DNA from: an uncultured delta proteobacterium
Lineage (GTDB): Bacteria; Myxococcota; Myxococcia; Myxococcales; Myxococcaceae
NCBI GenBank assembly: GCA_963776345.1
Contig: CAVZMH010000015.1
Span: 320,001-384,000, forward strand
Direction: 5' to 3'
DNA length: 64,000 nt
The notes below the pieces were generated by a model, which was given only the letters and a program-made list of their open reading frames with translations, did not search any database and was not told where the DNA came from. Shown here one piece after another: positions 63,081 to 64,000 of this stretch. The position numbers and the translations under genes were made by a program. Numbering within the stretch: position 1 is the first letter of the stretch; every line of letters begins with the position of its first letter.

Positions 63081-64000
63081 CGTCGAGGGCACAGGGCGCC
63101 CGCGCTTCCTGGACGCGAGGGGCGGGCGGATCAAGATCCACCCCGAGGACGTGCGCGGCCGCTTCGTCCGCTGGCGACGCATCGTCTACGCGGTGCTGAT
63201 CCTCCACCTGCTCGCCCTGCCCTTCATCAAGAACGGCAAGCATCCGGCGATCCACCTGGACATCCCCAGCCGTCAGTTCTTCCTCGCCGGGCACGCCTTC
63301 AACGCGCAGGACGTCTGGCTGATGGTGTTCCTGCTCGCGGCGTTCGCCTTCGGGCTGGTGTTCGTCACCGCGCTGGCGGGCCGGGTGTGGTGCGGGTGGG
63401 CCTGTCCGCAGACGGTGTTCCTGGAGGGCCTCTACCGCCCCATCGAGCGGTGGCTCGAGGGACCGGCGTACCAACGGCGGCGGGCGGCCGAGGGCGGCTG
63501 GACCGGGCGGCGCATCGGGCTGCTCCTCATCAAGCAGTCGCTGTACGTGCTGGTGTCGCTGATCCTCGCCCACTGGTTCCTGGCGTTCTTCGTGCCGGCG
63601 CCCACGCTGGTGGAGCTGGTACTCCACGGGCCCGCCGGGCACGAGACCCTGTTCGGGATCGCGATGCTCGTCACCCTGCTGTTCCTGGGAAACTTCGCCT
63701 GGTTCCGCGAGCAGTTCTGCGTGATCCTCTGCCCGTACGGCCGTCTCCAGTCGGTGCTCACCGACCGGAAGAGCCTCCTCATCGGCTACGACGCAGGTCG
63801 GGGAGAGCCACGGGGCAAGGTGACCAAGGGCGCCGAGGCCCCCGCGCGCGGCGACTGCATCGACTGCGGCCGCTGCGTCCGGGTCTGCCCCACGGGGATC
63901 GACATCCGCAACGGCCAGCAGATGGAGTGCATCGGCTGCGCGCAGTGCATCGACGCCTGCGACGAGATGATGATCAAGGTGGGCCGGCCGGTGGGGCTGG
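63055..64000 (+). CDS. ccoG: Cytochrome c oxidase accessory Fe-S protein (partial, runs off the window edge)
   Basis: GTG at 63055 after AAGGAG; GRVWCGWACPQTVF, REQFC..CPYGR.Q, CIDCGRCVRVCPTGIDIR and CIGCAQCIDAC. Confidence 0.92.
   Translation, partial: MSASESSSSVEGTGRPRFLDARGGRIKIHPEDVRGRFVRWRRIVYAVLILHLLALPFIKNGKHPAIHLDIPSRQFFLAGHAFNAQDVWLMVFLLAAFAFGLVFVTALAGRVWCGWACPQTVFLEGLYRPIERWLEGPAYQRRRAAEGGWTGRRIGLLLIKQSLYVLVSLILAHWFLAFFVPAPTLVELVLHGPAGHETLFGIAMLVTLLFLGNFAWFREQFCVILCPYGRLQSVLTDRKSLLIGYDAGRGEPRGKVTKGAEAPARGDCIDCGRCVRVCPTGIDIRNGQQMECIGCAQCIDACDEMMIKVGRPVGL

Overview
Very GC-rich bacterial DNA. The gene content points to Myxococcota or a related lineage (inference from Hanks-type kinases, TPR lipoproteins, ACIII and fused ccoNO). 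The left two-thirds is a mosaic of metabolic and accessory genes: a Ser/Thr kinase, AKR, MTAP, Fpg/Nei, LysR-MFS, ppk1, malic enzyme and fumC. It also holds a flippase-SDR-KdsC-NeuB-MMPL cluster, tandem HExxH/TPR paralogues, a sortase with an adjacent MPKTA-tailed substrate, c-type cytochromes, porins and a kinase-USP/phosphoesterase pair. The right ~16 kb is a respiratory supercluster: an alternative complex III operon (actABCDEF) transcribed divergently from ccoI-S-NO-Q-P-G (cbb3 oxidase), each side with a sigma54-like promoter. The most unusual element sits at the head of the act operon: a membrane-anchored diheme cytochrome c plus a NarI-like protein. That protein keeps only the two distal-heme His ligands and has lost both proximal-heme ligands, with no narGH in the window. 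Several genes carry single-base frameshifts that look like long-read errors. No rRNA, tRNA, CRISPR array or IS element was recognised. All family calls come from motif recognition by eye; no searches were run.
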